Made by a program: the position numbers and the translations under genes. A stretch of 64,000 nt of DNA from Candidatus Eiseniibacteriota bacterium. Its GTDB lineage: Bacteria > Arandabacterota > Arandabacteria > Arandabacterales > Arandabacteraceae. How positions within the stretch are numbered: position 1 is the first letter of the stretch; each line of letters begins with the position of its first letter. The notes beneath the pieces are model-generated. The model saw only the letters and a list, made by a program, of their open reading frames with translations, was not told where the DNA came from and ran no database searches. The stretch is from NCBI GenBank assembly GCA_043810925.1, contig JBDRNT010000089.1:37191-101190 (forward strand), in the 5' to 3' direction. Shown piece by piece: positions 27,278 through 38,268 of the stretch.

Positions 27278-28318
27278 ATGCAGGCTGCATTCAGCGGAAA
27301 TCTCACGAAGGTACTTGACGCGGTGGTAACATCGTACATAGGATATGGTCTGCCTGTGGGCTCAAGATTCGTCTGGGTCAACTTCGATATGGGCTTAAGC
27401 CCTGCGAGCATCAGGAACCTGATGGCGGAGCTCGAGGGCATGGGTGTCCTTATGAAGCCGCACGTGTCGGCAGGGAGGATCCCCACCGAGCGCGGATACC
27501 GTCTTTACGTCGACAGGGTTATGAAGCCGCAACCGCTCAGGCGGGGTGAGACCAGGGCGATCCGGAAGGCTATGGACCCGTCGCTCCCGGTCGGAGACAT
27601 GCTTGAGAGGATCTCGAGACTGCTCGAGGCCCTTTCGCACCAGATATGCGTTACGCTGACGCCCGAGCGGCGGTCCGGGGTTGTGACGGACCTTGAGACT
27701 GTTAAGATCTCCCCGGACATGCTGCTTATCACTGTGACGATCGAGCCTGGGACCGAGCGAACCACGTCCCTGCGGTTCCGGTCGGCGAGTGCGCTCGGGG
27801 CGGCCTTAAAGTCCTTTAAGAGATTCTCGCGGGCCACAGTCGGACGCAGCGCGGAGGAGGCGGGCAGGGCCCTGGAGAACATGGACTTGTCAACGCAGGG
27901 ACACGGCAGTAGTGTTGATAAACTGAGAACATCATTGGTCAATCTCTTGAGGCACGGGCATCACGCTGTTCACGTCTACGGGACCGGCAACGTCGTATCC
28001 GAGATGGGGGACATGACCGATGTCCGGTCTCTGCTCGGAGTCCTTGAACGCAGGCAGGAAATAGCCAGGTTGCTCTTGCTGGATGAGCGCCGTCCGGGCA
28101 CAAGCGTGATTATCGGAAGTGAGAACCGGGGGAAACCCATGAAACGGTGCAGTGTCGTGAAGTCTGAGTACCGGATCGGCGATGCTGCGGGTGCAATAGG
28201 TGTTATAGGGCCGTTGAGGATGGACTACCCGAGAGTGATGGCGCTGGTTGAATACACATCCAGGGAATTGACTCAGTGTCTGGCTGAAGCAGGAGGAAGG
28301 AACAAAGGTGGACGGTAA
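27278..28318 (+). CDS. hrcA: Heat-inducible transcription repressor
   Basis: PVGS, SPASIRNLMAELE, PHVSAGRIPT, GVIGPLRMDY. Confidence 0.93.
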   Translation: MQAAFSGNLTKVLDAVVTSYIGYGLPVGSRFVWVNFDMGLSPASIRNLMAELEGMGVLMKPHVSAGRIPTERGYRLYVDRVMKPQPLRRGETRAIRKAMDPSLPVGDMLERISRLLEALSHQICVTLTPERRSGVVTDLETVKISPDMLLITVTIEPGTERTTSLRFRSASALGAALKSFKRFSRATVGRSAEEAGRALENMDLSTQGHGSSVDKLRTSLVNLLRHGHHAVHVYGTGNVVSEMGDMTDVRSLLGVLERRQEIARLLLLDERRPGTSVIIGSENRGKPMKRCSVVKSEYRIGDAAGAIGVIGPLRMDYPRVMALVEYTSRELTQCLAEAGGRNKGGR

Positions 28319-28847
28319 AGACGACAAAAACACAGAGCAGGAGAAATACAGGCACAAGCACTCGAAGAAGGATCTTGAAAATGAGATCGAGGCTCTTTCC
28401 GGGAAGCTCGAGAGCGTGAAGAAGGAGCTTCAGGAGACGAAGGACCAGCTCCTCAGAGGGCTTGCCGACTTCGACAACTACCGCAAGAGGATCGCCAGGG
28501 AGCGGGAGCACATGACCAAGTGTGCCAATGAGGAACTGATAAGGCGGTTGCTTGAGGTCGTTGACAACGTCGAGCTGGCGCTTGAGGCCGCATCGGACGC
28601 CAAGGATTTCGAGGGATTCAGGCAGGGCATAGAGATGATCTACAAGCGTATGAGCGAGATACTCTCCAAGGAAGGCCTGTGTCCGATCATCTGTCTGGGT
28701 GAGGATTTCGATCCCAACTACCATGAGGCGGTGATGGCGATTGACGCGGAAGGGAAGGAGTCGGAGAAAGTCGTTGAAGAGATGCAGAAAGGTTATACAC
28801 TCGATGGACGCGTGATACGACCGAGCAAGGTTGTTGTCTCGAAGTAA
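28308..28847 (+). CDS. grpE: Nucleotide exchange factor
   Basis: [34 protein letters not shown]. Confidence 0.96.
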   Translation: MDGKDDKNTEQEKYRHKHSKKDLENEIEALSGKLESVKKELQETKDQLLRGLADFDNYRKRIAREREHMTKCANEELIRRLLEVVDNVELALEAASDAKDFEGFRQGIEMIYKRMSEILSKEGLCPIICLGEDFDPNYHEAVMAIDAEGKESEKVVEEMQKGYTLDGRVIRPSKVVVSK

Positions 28848-28864
28848 GCGCAGGGAGGACCACA

Positions 28865-30790
28865 ATGGCGAAAGTAATAGGAATCGATCTAGGCACGACC
28901 AACTCATGTGTGGCTGTAATCGAAGGCGGCGAACCCAAGGTTATTCCCAACCGCGAGGGGGGACGCACGACACCCTCCGTGGTGGCATTCACCAAAGGGA
29001 ATGAGCGACTCGCAGGTCTTGTGGCCAAGCGACAGGCCATAACGAATCCTGAGAACACGGTCTTTTCGATAAAGCGATTCATGGGCCGCAGGTTCAGCGA
29101 AGTGCCTGATGAGATCTCCAAGGTACCCTATAAGGTGACCCAGGACTCGAACGGCGACGTTCGGATCTCGATCAGGGGCAAGGAATATGCGCCGCCCGAG
29201 ATATCGGCGATCGTGCTCCAGGAGCTCAGGAAAGCCGCGGAGGACCACCTCGGTGAAGAGATAAAACAGGCAGTGATAACCGTGCCTGCCTATTTCAATG
29301 ACTCACAGAGACAGGCGACAAAAGATGCGGGCAAGATCGCGGGCCTCGAGGTCTTAAGGATCATAAACGAGCCGACCGCCGCCGCGCTTGCCTATGGCAT
29401 GGACAAGAAGAAGGAAGAGAAGATCGCTGTTTATGACCTTGGCGGCGGGACTTTCGATGTCTCGATCCTTGAGATAGCTGAAGGTGTGTTTGCCGTGAAA
29501 GCGACAAACGGGGATACGCATCTCGGGGGCGACGACTTCGACCAGCGTGTCATCGACTGGGTCGCCGAAGAGTTTAAGAAGCTCGAGGGGATTGACATCA
29601 GGAAGGACCGGATGGCGCTTCAGCGCCTCAAGGAAGCATGCGAGAAGGCCAAAAGCGAGCTCTCCACAACTCTTGAGACAAGCATAAACCTGCCATTCGT
29701 TACAGCAGACGCAAATGGCCCCAAACACCTCAATATGGATCTTACGAGAGCAAAGCTCGAACAGCTTACCGCCGATCTTGTCGAGAGAACTGTCGGTCCC
29801 TGCAAGCAGGCGCTCAAGGATGCGGGGATGAGCCCCAGTGAAATCGATGAGGTGATCCTGGTAGGCGGCGCTACCAGAATGCCGCTTGTACAGGAGACCG
29901 TCAAAAAGGTCTTCGGCAAGGAAGGCCACAAAGGTGTCAATCCCGATGAGGTTGTCGCGGTGGGAGCGGCGATCCAGGCCGGCGTTCTGGCAGGTGAGGT
30001 CAAGGAGGTGCTGCTGCTTGATGTCACTCCGCTGTCGCTCGGAATAGAGACACTCGGTGCAGTGATGACCAAGATAATCAACCGGAACACAACGATACCG
30101 ACACGCAAGTCGCAGATCTTCTCTACTGCTGCAGACGGGCAGACCGCTGTGACGATTCACGTGCTTCAGGGCGAGCGGGAAATGGCAGTCGACAACAGGA
30201 CCTTAGGCAGGTTTGATCTTGTCGGCATCCCGGCCGCGCCGCGTGGCATACCGCAGATTGAGGTCGCCTTCGACATAGACGCAAACGGGATAGTCCATGT
30301 TTCCGCCAAGGACCTCGCGACCGGCAAAGAGCAGAAGATAGTCGTCCAGGCATCGACCAGTCTTTCGGAAGAAGAAATCGACGGCATGGTGAAGAGCGCG
30401 GAGGAACACTCGGAGGAGGACAAGAAGAAGAGGGAACTCATCGAAGCGCGTAACAACGCAGACTCCCTCGTCTATACCACTGAGAAGTCCTTAACCGAAC
30501 ATGCCGCTAAGATCTCGGCCGAGGACAAGCAGGCCGTTGAGGAAGCGGTCTCGGCGCTTAAGGATGTGAAAGACAGCGAAAATGTCGGTGAGATAAACTC
30601 AAGAGCCGAGCATGTCTCGAAGGTGTGGTACAAGGTGGCCGAAGATCTTTACAAGACCGCGGCCGCCCATGGGCAGGCCGGACCCGGAGAAGGGCCAACT
30701 GCCGGGCCTGAGGGGCCGCAGGCTTCCTCCTCTGAAGGGGGAGAGGAAGCAGTCGATGCGGACTTCAAGGTAGTTGACGACGATAAGTAA
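28865..30790 (+). CDS. dnaK: Chaperone DnaK
   Basis: [29 protein letters not shown]. Confidence 0.98.
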   Translation: MAKVIGIDLGTTNSCVAVIEGGEPKVIPNREGGRTTPSVVAFTKGNERLAGLVAKRQAITNPENTVFSIKRFMGRRFSEVPDEISKVPYKVTQDSNGDVRISIRGKEYAPPEISAIVLQELRKAAEDHLGEEIKQAVITVPAYFNDSQRQATKDAGKIAGLEVLRIINEPTAAALAYGMDKKKEEKIAVYDLGGGTFDVSILEIAEGVFAVKATNGDTHLGGDDFDQRVIDWVAEEFKKLEGIDIRKDRMALQRLKEACEKAKSELSTTLETSINLPFVTADANGPKHLNMDLTRAKLEQLTADLVERTVGPCKQALKDAGMSPSEIDEVILVGGATRMPLVQETVKKVFGKEGHKGVNPDEVVAVGAAIQAGVLAGEVKEVLLLDVTPLSLGIETLGAVMTKIINRNTTIPTRKSQIFSTAADGQTAVTIHVLQGEREMAVDNRTLGRFDLVGIPAAPRGIPQIEVAFDIDANGIVHVSAKDLATGKEQKIVVQASTSLSEEEIDGMVKSAEEHSEEDKKKRELIEARNNADSLVYTTEKSLTEHAAKISAEDKQAVEEAVSALKDVKDSENVGEINSRAEHVSKVWYKVAEDLYKTAAAHGQAGPGEGPTAGPEGPQASSSEGGEEAVDADFKVVDDDK

Positions 30791-30811
30791 CCATACAAGA
30801 AATGAGCATTG

Positions 30812-31957
30812 ATGCATAAGCGAGATTATTATGAAGTCCTGGGTGTGGACCGCAGTGCCACCGATGACGACATAAAGCGAGCCTACAGACAGCTTGCGCT
30901 CAAATATCATCCCGACCGCAACCCCGATGATAAGACGGCCGAGGACAAGTTTAAGGAAGCCACCGCGGCCTACGAGGTCTTGAAAGAGGCCGATGCCCGG
31001 TCGCGCTATGACCGCTTCGGTCACCGCGGAATGGATGGCATCGGTTTCGATTTCGATATGGGCGGCTTCGACCTGAGTGACGCCCTCAACATCTTCAGCC
31101 AGGCTTTCGGCGGTTCATCTTTCGGGGGCATCTTCGATATGGGAAGGGGAGGCCGGGGAGGATCTGCGGGGAAAGGCCGTGATCTCAAGATCAAGGTGAC
31201 CCTTGGACTTGAAGATGTCGCCAGGGAGACAAAGAAGAAGATCCGCTTCAGCAGACTTGCTTCCTGCAAGTCCTGCTCGGGTACCGGGGCCAAGAAAGGG
31301 ACGGCGCTTGATACATGTCCCACGTGCGGTGGAACGGGCCAGATCAGGCGTGTCCAGCGATCCTTTCTGGGGCAACTGGTGAACGTGATGACCTGCAACC
31401 ACTGCCGCGGCGAGGGCAGGGTGGTCACCGAGAAGTGTGACAAATGCAGGGGTGAGGGAAGGTACTCAATCGAAGAGACGTTGGAGGTGAAGATCCCGGC
31501 AGGCGTATCCTCCAGCAACTATATCCCCATAGACGGGAAAGGTGATGACGGTGTGAGGGGCGGGCCGTCCGGCAGACTGCTGGTATATTTCGAAGAGAAA
31601 GAGCATCCCATCTTTGACAGGGACGGTGCGGATATCTACTGTGATGTACCCATAGACTACTCGCTTGCCGCCCTTGGTGGAAGCATCGATGTTCCCACGC
31701 TTGACGGTCCGCATACGCTCAAGATACCCGTGGGGACCCAATCTCAGAAGGTATTCGCGCTCAAGGGCAAGGGCTTGCCACGGATAAGCAGCAAGGGCCG
31801 GGGGAGACAGCTCGTGCGGGTGATCGTCTGGGTGCCGACCAGGATGTCTAAGGACGAGCGAAAGATCCTCGAAGAGCTGGGGAACCTCCCGAAATCAGAA
31901 AAGCATGAAGCCGGCAAGGGCTTCCTCAAGAAGCTCAGGAAACATCTCGGAGACTGA
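30812..31957 (+). CDS. dnaJ: Chaperone DnaJ
   Basis: DYYEVLG, HPD, four CxxCxGxG repeats. Confidence 0.97.
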   Translation: MHKRDYYEVLGVDRSATDDDIKRAYRQLALKYHPDRNPDDKTAEDKFKEATAAYEVLKEADARSRYDRFGHRGMDGIGFDFDMGGFDLSDALNIFSQAFGGSSFGGIFDMGRGGRGGSAGKGRDLKIKVTLGLEDVARETKKKIRFSRLASCKSCSGTGAKKGTALDTCPTCGGTGQIRRVQRSFLGQLVNVMTCNHCRGEGRVVTEKCDKCRGEGRYSIEETLEVKIPAGVSSSNYIPIDGKGDDGVRGGPSGRLLVYFEEKEHPIFDRDGADIYCDVPIDYSLAALGGSIDVPTLDGPHTLKIPVGTQSQKVFALKGKGLPRISSKGRGRQLVRVIVWVPTRMSKDERKILEELGNLPKSEKHEAGKGFLKKLRKHLGD

Positions 31958-31958
31958 C

Positions 31959-32693
31959 TTGAAAGACAAGGTCCTGCGGCACCATCTTTTCTACTTCTCA
32001 CCGGATGCTCTTGATAATGATCTCATCAGTTTTCCTCCCGGTGAGAGCCGCCACATGGTCTCGAGCCTGCGTCTGAGGAAGGGCGACCGGATCCGGGCGA
32101 CGGACGGTCGTGGTGTGGTATACGAGGTTGTGCTCGAAGAGGCCAGACGGAAGCAAGTGACGGGGAGAATTGCGGATCGGACAGAGGTCGAGTGCCCCGG
32201 GGCACGGGTCACTGTCTTCCAGGGAGCGGTCAAGCCCGCCAAAATGGCTTTGATGATTGAGAAGTGCGTCGAGCTGGGTGTCTGGAGTGTGATCCCGGTG
32301 GAGACCGGACTGTGCGTGAGCGGCATGGGCGAGGGCAGGGTCAAGCGGTTGAAGCGAATTGCCATCGAGGCCATGAAGCAATCGGTTGGAGCCCATCTGC
32401 CGGACATACACTCACTCACGCCTTTTGATGGTGCGCTCTCGCGTCTGTCCGACTTCGATCTCACGGTTGTTGCGTGGGAGGATGAAAAGCATCAGCGGCT
32501 CAAAGACATCATAGGTAGCGAAAGACCCGGGAAGGTCGCCCTCTGGATAGGTCCTGAAGGCGGCTTCACCCCTGTCGAGTTAGACGAGCTTGCAAACCAC
32601 GGGGCAAGGACCTTCAGCCTCGGCGATCGCCGGCTGAAGGCCGAGACGGCGGCAATCGCTTCCCTGGCCGTCCTCAACGAACTCCTCGGATAG
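31959..32693 (+). CDS. rsmE: 16S rRNA m3U1498 methyltransferase
   Basis: EKCVELG, EAMKQS, IGPEGGF, LGDRRLKAETA; start (TTG 31959) uncertain. Confidence 0.92.
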   Translation: MKDKVLRHHLFYFSPDALDNDLISFPPGESRHMVSSLRLRKGDRIRATDGRGVVYEVVLEEARRKQVTGRIADRTEVECPGARVTVFQGAVKPAKMALMIEKCVELGVWSVIPVETGLCVSGMGEGRVKRLKRIAIEAMKQSVGAHLPDIHSLTPFDGALSRLSDFDLTVVAWEDEKHQRLKDIIGSERPGKVALWIGPEGGFTPVELDELANHGARTFSLGDRRLKAETAAIASLAVLNELLG

Positions 32694-32696
32694 CAA

Positions 32697-33959
32697 ATGA
32701 AGATTGCGCGATGGGCCGCAGCGGTCCTGTTGGTGGTGTCCGCAGCGATGTTGGGTTGTGGCGAGAAAGAAGCGGAGACCGAAGCCGATCTCGAAGGGCG
32801 CCTTGAAGACCTCCGGGCTGTGCCCTATACCAACGTGAGCGATGACGAGGCAAGCGAAGAGAACTCCGGCGTCGTGGTCCATGATCCCGACCGCGCGTAC
32901 CGTGGTTACAACATCTTCTGCGGTGTGACTCCCCACGTCTATCTCATGGACATGGAAGGCAACGTGGTCCACGTGTGGACATACCCCGAGGCTGAAGGGG
33001 GACTCTGGCACCATGCGATCATGTTGGCCGATGGATCCATTGTGATTGTAAACATGCACAACCACGTGCTCAAACTTGACTGGGACTCCAATCTTGTGTG
33101 GAAGCAGGAGATGTACGCGCATCACGACATCGCCGAGCTTGGGGATGGATCGCTCCATGCGATCGGCGTAGAGGTGTGGACCCGGAGGGGACTTGTTGTG
33201 AGGTTCCCCACGATCGTGCACCTCAGCCCGGAAGGCAAAGAGATCGATATCTGGTCGGCGTACTCACATCTTGACCACATGAAGCAGACGTTCGACCGGA
33301 GATCGTTTCTTGACACAATTCTCGACAGCATGCTTGCCCATGAAAGCTGGCTTACAGTCTATGACAAGATCGCCGAGCGCGACGAGGTGGTTGAGTCCGA
33401 TCTTCCCGGCGTGCAGTACGATCACTTTCATATGAATACGATCACCGTGCTTCCCGATACACCGCTCGGCAGGAGCGATACCAGATTCAGGGAGGGTAAC
33501 CTGCTCACCTGCTATAGAAATGTAAACCAGATTGCGGTGCAGGACGGAGACACAAAGCAGGTCCTCTGGACATGGGGTGAGGGCGTACTCGAGTGGCCGC
33601 ATCATCCAACCATGGTCCCGAGCGGCAACATCCTCATCTTCGACAATGGCGTTAAGCGCAGATACTCAAGAGTGATTGAGCTCAATCCGGTCTCCGGAGA
33701 GATCGAGTGGGAATATACCGGCGATCCTCCCGAGAGGTTTTTCAGCAAGCTTAAGGGATCCGCGCAGCGGCTTCCCAACGGCAACACGTTCATCTGTGAG
33801 GGCGACAGGGGCCGGGCCTTTGAGGTCACCCCGGAACGGGACATCGTCTGGGAGTGGCGTAATCCCTTGATAAAAGGCAAGCGCCGTGTCACCGTTTACC
33901 GTATGATGCGCATCCCGCCTGAAGCAGTTGAGCGGCTGCTGTACAGGAAGACCTATTGA
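32697..33959 (+). CDS. Arylsulfotransferase (ASST)-like lipoprotein
   Basis: Lipobox-like MLGC, AHHD, FHMNTI, PHHP, IFDNG, AQRLPNGNTFI. Confidence 0.78.
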   Translation: MKIARWAAAVLLVVSAAMLGCGEKEAETEADLEGRLEDLRAVPYTNVSDDEASEENSGVVVHDPDRAYRGYNIFCGVTPHVYLMDMEGNVVHVWTYPEAEGGLWHHAIMLADGSIVIVNMHNHVLKLDWDSNLVWKQEMYAHHDIAELGDGSLHAIGVEVWTRRGLVVRFPTIVHLSPEGKEIDIWSAYSHLDHMKQTFDRRSFLDTILDSMLAHESWLTVYDKIAERDEVVESDLPGVQYDHFHMNTITVLPDTPLGRSDTRFREGNLLTCYRNVNQIAVQDGDTKQVLWTWGEGVLEWPHHPTMVPSGNILIFDNGVKRRYSRVIELNPVSGEIEWEYTGDPPERFFSKLKGSAQRLPNGNTFICEGDRGRAFEVTPERDIVWEWRNPLIKGKRRVTVYRMMRIPPEAVERLLYRKTY

Positions 33960-34095
33960 CAGGCGGCCGGGAATGCCGTAATCATGATGTGGAAGGATCA
34001 GGACTGTTGAGCGTAGAGACTCCTCTGGAAAACCAGGTTTGACGAATTGCCATTTGCTGCAGCCCGACGTGTGACTCAGCCACAAGGAGGTATCG

Positions 34096-34494
34096 ATGGC
34101 AACCAAAGTCAAGATCGTGCGTGCAAGAGACTTCCTCCAGACAACCACCGATGATGTTCTTGACCTCGAAGCCTCTTGCCAGGTGCTTAAGGAAGTTGCT
34201 GCGGCTCGGCGTCCACCGGCCGATTTTGATGTTCTTCTCGACTTTCGCCGGGCTCAATGGCGCCTCAGTACAATGGACATCTATGGGTTGGCGGCCGCAC
34301 TGGCGGGGTATGAGGATCTGAGGACATCCAAGATAGCGGTGCTCGTTCTTCCTGGTGCCAACTTCGATCAAGCGCAGTTTCTCGAGACTTGTTCGGTGAA
34401 CAGGGGTATGAACGTCGACGCATTCACGAATTTTGAGGATGCCGTCCAATGGTTCTTCACATCGGTGGATGTCGGCGCCGGATCCCCCAACTGA
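34096..34494 (+). CDS. Hypothetical SpoIIAA/STAS-like protein
   Basis: AAGGAGG SD; VLLDFR, FLETCSVNRG, FTNFEDAVQWF. Confidence 0.72.
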   Translation: MATKVKIVRARDFLQTTTDDVLDLEASCQVLKEVAAARRPPADFDVLLDFRRAQWRLSTMDIYGLAAALAGYEDLRTSKIAVLVLPGANFDQAQFLETCSVNRGMNVDAFTNFEDAVQWFFTSVDVGAGSPN

Positions 34495-34736
34495 GCCATC
34501 AGGACAAGATGTCCATACAGTGACAATCTGACGATTCCAATGTTCGACGGGGGGGATAAGGGGCATACTGCGCCTCAAAATCCCGAAGCTGAAAAACGAT
34601 GACTTACGCGTTGCGTTATAGAACCACATTGTTTATGGTTCCTGATGAGTGTCAGAAATGAAATCTGCCGGTAGGCAGGGAATTTTGAGTGGCATTTATG
34701 TCGGGTCCAGGCGACTCGTCAGAGCCGGAGGAGGAT

Positions 34737-36566
34737 ATGGTAACGAAGAAGGTCAAGAAGGTCAAGAAGGTGGCGAAGGTGAAGGCGAGCAGGAAGACCC
34801 CGAAGGGCAAGGTCAGTAAGAAGAAGGTGATCAAGCCAAGTGTGAGTAAGGCGAAGACTGCGAAGGTCACAATCAAGGTCAAGAAGACCGGGCGCGAGCT
34901 TCTCAATGATCCTTATCTCAACAAGGGCGGAGCCTTTACCGAGGACGAAAGACTTGCGTTGGGGCTTGAGGGGCTACTTCCTCCCAAGGTCAGGACTTTG
35001 GAGCAGCAGGCCAAGGTGGCCTATCAGAACGTCAAGCGGACCGGCTCGTCCGATCCGGATCTTCTCTACTCGGCCCTTAGGCACCTTAAGTACAGGAATG
35101 AAACCCTGTTCTTCAAAGTTGTTTCAGACCATCTGAAAGAGTTCTTACCGATCGTCTACACCCCTGAAGTCGGCGTGGCATGTCAGACCTGGAGCCACAG
35201 GATGGCCAGACCGACCGGGATTTTCATCACGACCGAGAACGTTGACAGAGTGGACGATATCCTCACACGTCTTACGAGCAGGGAGATAGAAATAGCAGTT
35301 GTCACCGACAATGAGGGCATTCTCGGCATCGGTGACCAGGGTATCGGCGGCTCGCAGATATGTGTCGGCAAGCTTGCCCTCTACACCCTGGCCAGCGGTT
35401 TCGCACCCACGACGTGTCTTCCGGTATGCCTTGATGTGGGTACGAACAGAAAGGAACTCCTCGCGGACGAGGACTACCTTGGAGTGAATCATCGCCGGCT
35501 TGAAAAAGGCATATACCTGAGTTTCATTGATAAGTTTGTTGAGTCTTTCAAGAAACACATGCCCCAGGCCGTGCTTCAGTTCGAGGATTTCAGCGGCGCC
35601 AAAGCGTTCGAGGTGCTCGAGCGTTACAGGGGCAACACACGGTGCCTCAACGATGATATTCAGGGCACGGGGGCTGTGGTTTATGCGGCTCTCCTCGGCG
35701 CGCTGGATGTAAGCAAGGGCGGGAAACTCGAGGATTCCAGAATAGTCATCCACGGCGCCGGAGCGGGTGGGATAGGTATCGCCCGACAGCTCCTTTGTAG
35801 CCTTCAGCTGCATGGCCTCAGCAAGGAGGATGCCCTGGCCAGGATCTATGTCAACGACTCGAAAGGGCTGGTCTACGAAGGCCGGGGGGGGGATACCCTG
35901 CCCAAGCACAAAGCCCAATTCGCAAGGCGGGAGACCTTCTCAGGGCGCGTATCGCTTGAGGCCCTGATTAAGAAGGTGAAGCCCAACATATTGATTGGAT
36001 CGTCAGGCAAGGCCGGTGAGTTCACCAAGAGCGTCGTGAAGGCCATGTGCGTACACAAAAGGCCCATCATCTTTCCGCTCTCAAACCCGACCGTCAATAG
36101 CGAGGCCACACCCGCACAGATTTTCGACTGGTCCAAGGGCAAGGCAATCGTGGCGACGGGCAGTCCCTTCGAGCCGGTGAAGTACGGACGGATTCACCCG
36201 ATCGCACAGGCCAACAACTTCCTGACCTTCCCCGGTCTTGGCAGAGGCGTGTACGAAAGCGGTGCGAAGCTGGTAACGGATGCTATGGTCACCGCTTCGG
36301 GGCGGGCGCTTTACGAATACACTAAGGAGTTTGAGGGTGAGCTGCTGTCCCAGGGACACGTTCTTCCCGGGATACGCGATGATTCGAAGCGAAACATCTC
36401 GGCTGCCGAGAGGGTGCAGGACATATCGGCCCACATAGCGGTTGCGGTGATAAAAGCCGCGATCAAGGACCCTAAGGCCAAGAGCAAGATCAGAACGCCG
36501 TTGACTCCCGAGGATATCAGAAGCCGTATGTGGCAGCCGGAATATGTGGACTATGTGAAGGCATAA
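34737..36566 (+). CDS. NAD(P)-dependent malic enzyme with a Lys-rich N-terminal extension
   Basis: NKGGAFT, PIVYTP, ILGIGDQG, QFEDF, NDDIQGTG, PLSNPT, ATGSPF; ATG 34737 after GGAGGAGG. Confidence 0.93.
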   Translation: MVTKKVKKVKKVAKVKASRKTPKGKVSKKKVIKPSVSKAKTAKVTIKVKKTGRELLNDPYLNKGGAFTEDERLALGLEGLLPPKVRTLEQQAKVAYQNVKRTGSSDPDLLYSALRHLKYRNETLFFKVVSDHLKEFLPIVYTPEVGVACQTWSHRMARPTGIFITTENVDRVDDILTRLTSREIEIAVVTDNEGILGIGDQGIGGSQICVGKLALYTLASGFAPTTCLPVCLDVGTNRKELLADEDYLGVNHRRLEKGIYLSFIDKFVESFKKHMPQAVLQFEDFSGAKAFEVLERYRGNTRCLNDDIQGTGAVVYAALLGALDVSKGGKLEDSRIVIHGAGAGGIGIARQLLCSLQLHGLSKEDALARIYVNDSKGLVYEGRGGDTLPKHKAQFARRETFSGRVSLEALIKKVKPNILIGSSGKAGEFTKSVVKAMCVHKRPIIFPLSNPTVNSEATPAQIFDWSKGKAIVATGSPFEPVKYGRIHPIAQANNFLTFPGLGRGVYESGAKLVTDAMVTASGRALYEYTKEFEGELLSQGHVLPGIRDDSKRNISAAERVQDISAHIAVAVIKAAIKDPKAKSKIRTPLTPEDIRSRMWQPEYVDYVKA

Positions 36567-36593
36567 GTCGGCGGCACTTAAAGTAAGTCTCAA

Positions 36594-36628
36594 GCCCGCC
36601 CGGTCTTGAAAGGCCGGGCGGGTTTTTT
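36594..36628 (+). terminator. Intrinsic terminator
   Basis: GCCCGCCCGGTCT-TGAA-AGGCCGGGCGGGT followed by a T tract. Confidence 0.88.
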
Positions 36629-36880
36629 CATGCCTCGATTCCGCACGGCCGATTAGTAGACTGTCACCGAATTATGGTCCTCAGAATGCCTGCCTGCAGT
36701 GTCGGTCAGACTCGCGACCTTCATGAACCACGCTTACCACGGGTATTGCAGGGTTGTCGGTCCACCGGGGAGCAATACCAGGAGGTCCATTGACGACGGT
36801 ATCGCAAGATGGTAATTATGAGCTGTATAGCAGGCGCGTTCATGGACCGGTGGCTTCGTGCCACGTAGGAGAGTTGTACC

Positions 36881-38040
36881 ATGAGGTCTGAAGCAATCGG
36901 CGGCTTCACATTTCCCGTGGGCTACCGTCAATTCCACAAGAACCAGTTGTTCAATTTCCAACTCAACCGGCCGTATTCCCTGGGGTACGCCCGATTGGAG
37001 GACCTCGTGGAGGCTGGAGGGAAGATCGGAACATTCGGCGAATGGAAGACCGAGATGCTCCGGCTTGCTGAGGAGTCTATCTTGGACGGACGGCTGATGA
37101 ACGCGGCCTTCTACTGCCGGGCGGCGGAGTTCTACACATTTCCTGACGATCCGGATAAGGAGCTTCTCTATGACAGGTTCTCCGAGCTCTTCTATCGAGC
37201 GTTTGAAGACCACAGAATCGAGAGGCTTAAGATCCCCTACGGGGCGTCAACACTGCCTGCCATCGCTGTCGAGCCCGAAGGTGAACCGAAGGGAACCATA
37301 GTCTTACACGGGGGCTATGACTCCTTTATCGAGGAGTTCTACTCGTTGATGCACTACTTCAGGGCGTCCGGGTTCAGGGTCATCGGTTTTGACGGACCTG
37401 GACAGGGAGCGGCCCGGCGAAAGAACGGGTTGCCCCTTGACTATCGGTGGGAGAAACCCGTGGGGTGCGTCCTTGACCATCTCGGTCTGGAAGATGTGAC
37501 ACTGATCGGGCTCTCGATGGGGGCTACCTCGCTCTCAGGGCCGCGGCCTTCGAACCACGCGTGAAGCGGGTGATTGTCTCCGGGCACGCATTCGACTACT
37601 GGAAGGTGGCCCCGGCGCCGGCCGTCTGGCTCCTCCTCTTTTTTCACAATCACCTGAGGGGGTTCACGAACAAACTGTCCAGGTGGAAGATGCGAAAGGG
37701 TGGTCTGGAGGCATGGAGCATAAGCCACTTGATGTATATCCTGGACCTGGACGAACCGATGGCGGCCATGGACTTTGCACTGGAGCTCAACGAAGAGAAT
37801 CTCCACTCTGAGCAGGTGAAACAGGATGTGCTTGTCCTTGCGTCACGAAATGATCACTTTATCCCGTTCCGGCTTCACAAAATGCAGATCGAGCGTCTAA
37901 CCTCTGCAAGGTCGGTTACGGACAGGGTGTTTACCAGGGAAGATAACGCGCACAATCACTGCCAGATCGGAAATATCGGACTGTCCCTTAAGGTGATGAT
38001 GGAATGGCTTGAGACATTGTCCCCGTCTCTATCTGCGTAA
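36881..38040 (+). pseudogene. Alpha/beta hydrolase split by a 1-bp frameshift (or a sequencing error)
   Basis: Adding one G to the run at 37519-37523 restores GLSMGGYLALRAAAFEPRVKR and joins the two ORFs; HGGYDS, DGPGQG, HNHCQ. Confidence 0.85.
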
Positions 38041-38268
38041 TCTGTTATTCGTTTCTGTGTTTCTCCATCAGGATCTGTGTGATAGATCTCCGGGTCCCCC
38101 GGCTTGTCAAGTGTGGTCGGCGAGCCGGTGAGTATCGGAGGGGGGATTGACAACCCCATGGAAATATGATACTCATAGAGTGGACAGCAACCGCATATAA
38201 ACACACCATTGGCACTCCCGAGTAGTTGGGCTGCTGTACATTCAAGCCATCGGCATTGTGGAGGAGCC

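Noticed and set aside
29354-30160. Long antisense ORFs opposite dnaK (similar ones oppose rpoD, relA, pyrH, glmS)
   Set aside because: Expected shadows of GC-rich coding sequence
35884-35892. G9 tract in malic enzyme as a phase-variation switch
   Set aside because: Frame intact (Arg-Gly-Gly-Asp); no evidence of length variation without reads
38209-38235. Second CIRCE or sigma54 site (TTGGCACTC)
   Set aside because: Only a half-site; no right arm and no TTGC at -12
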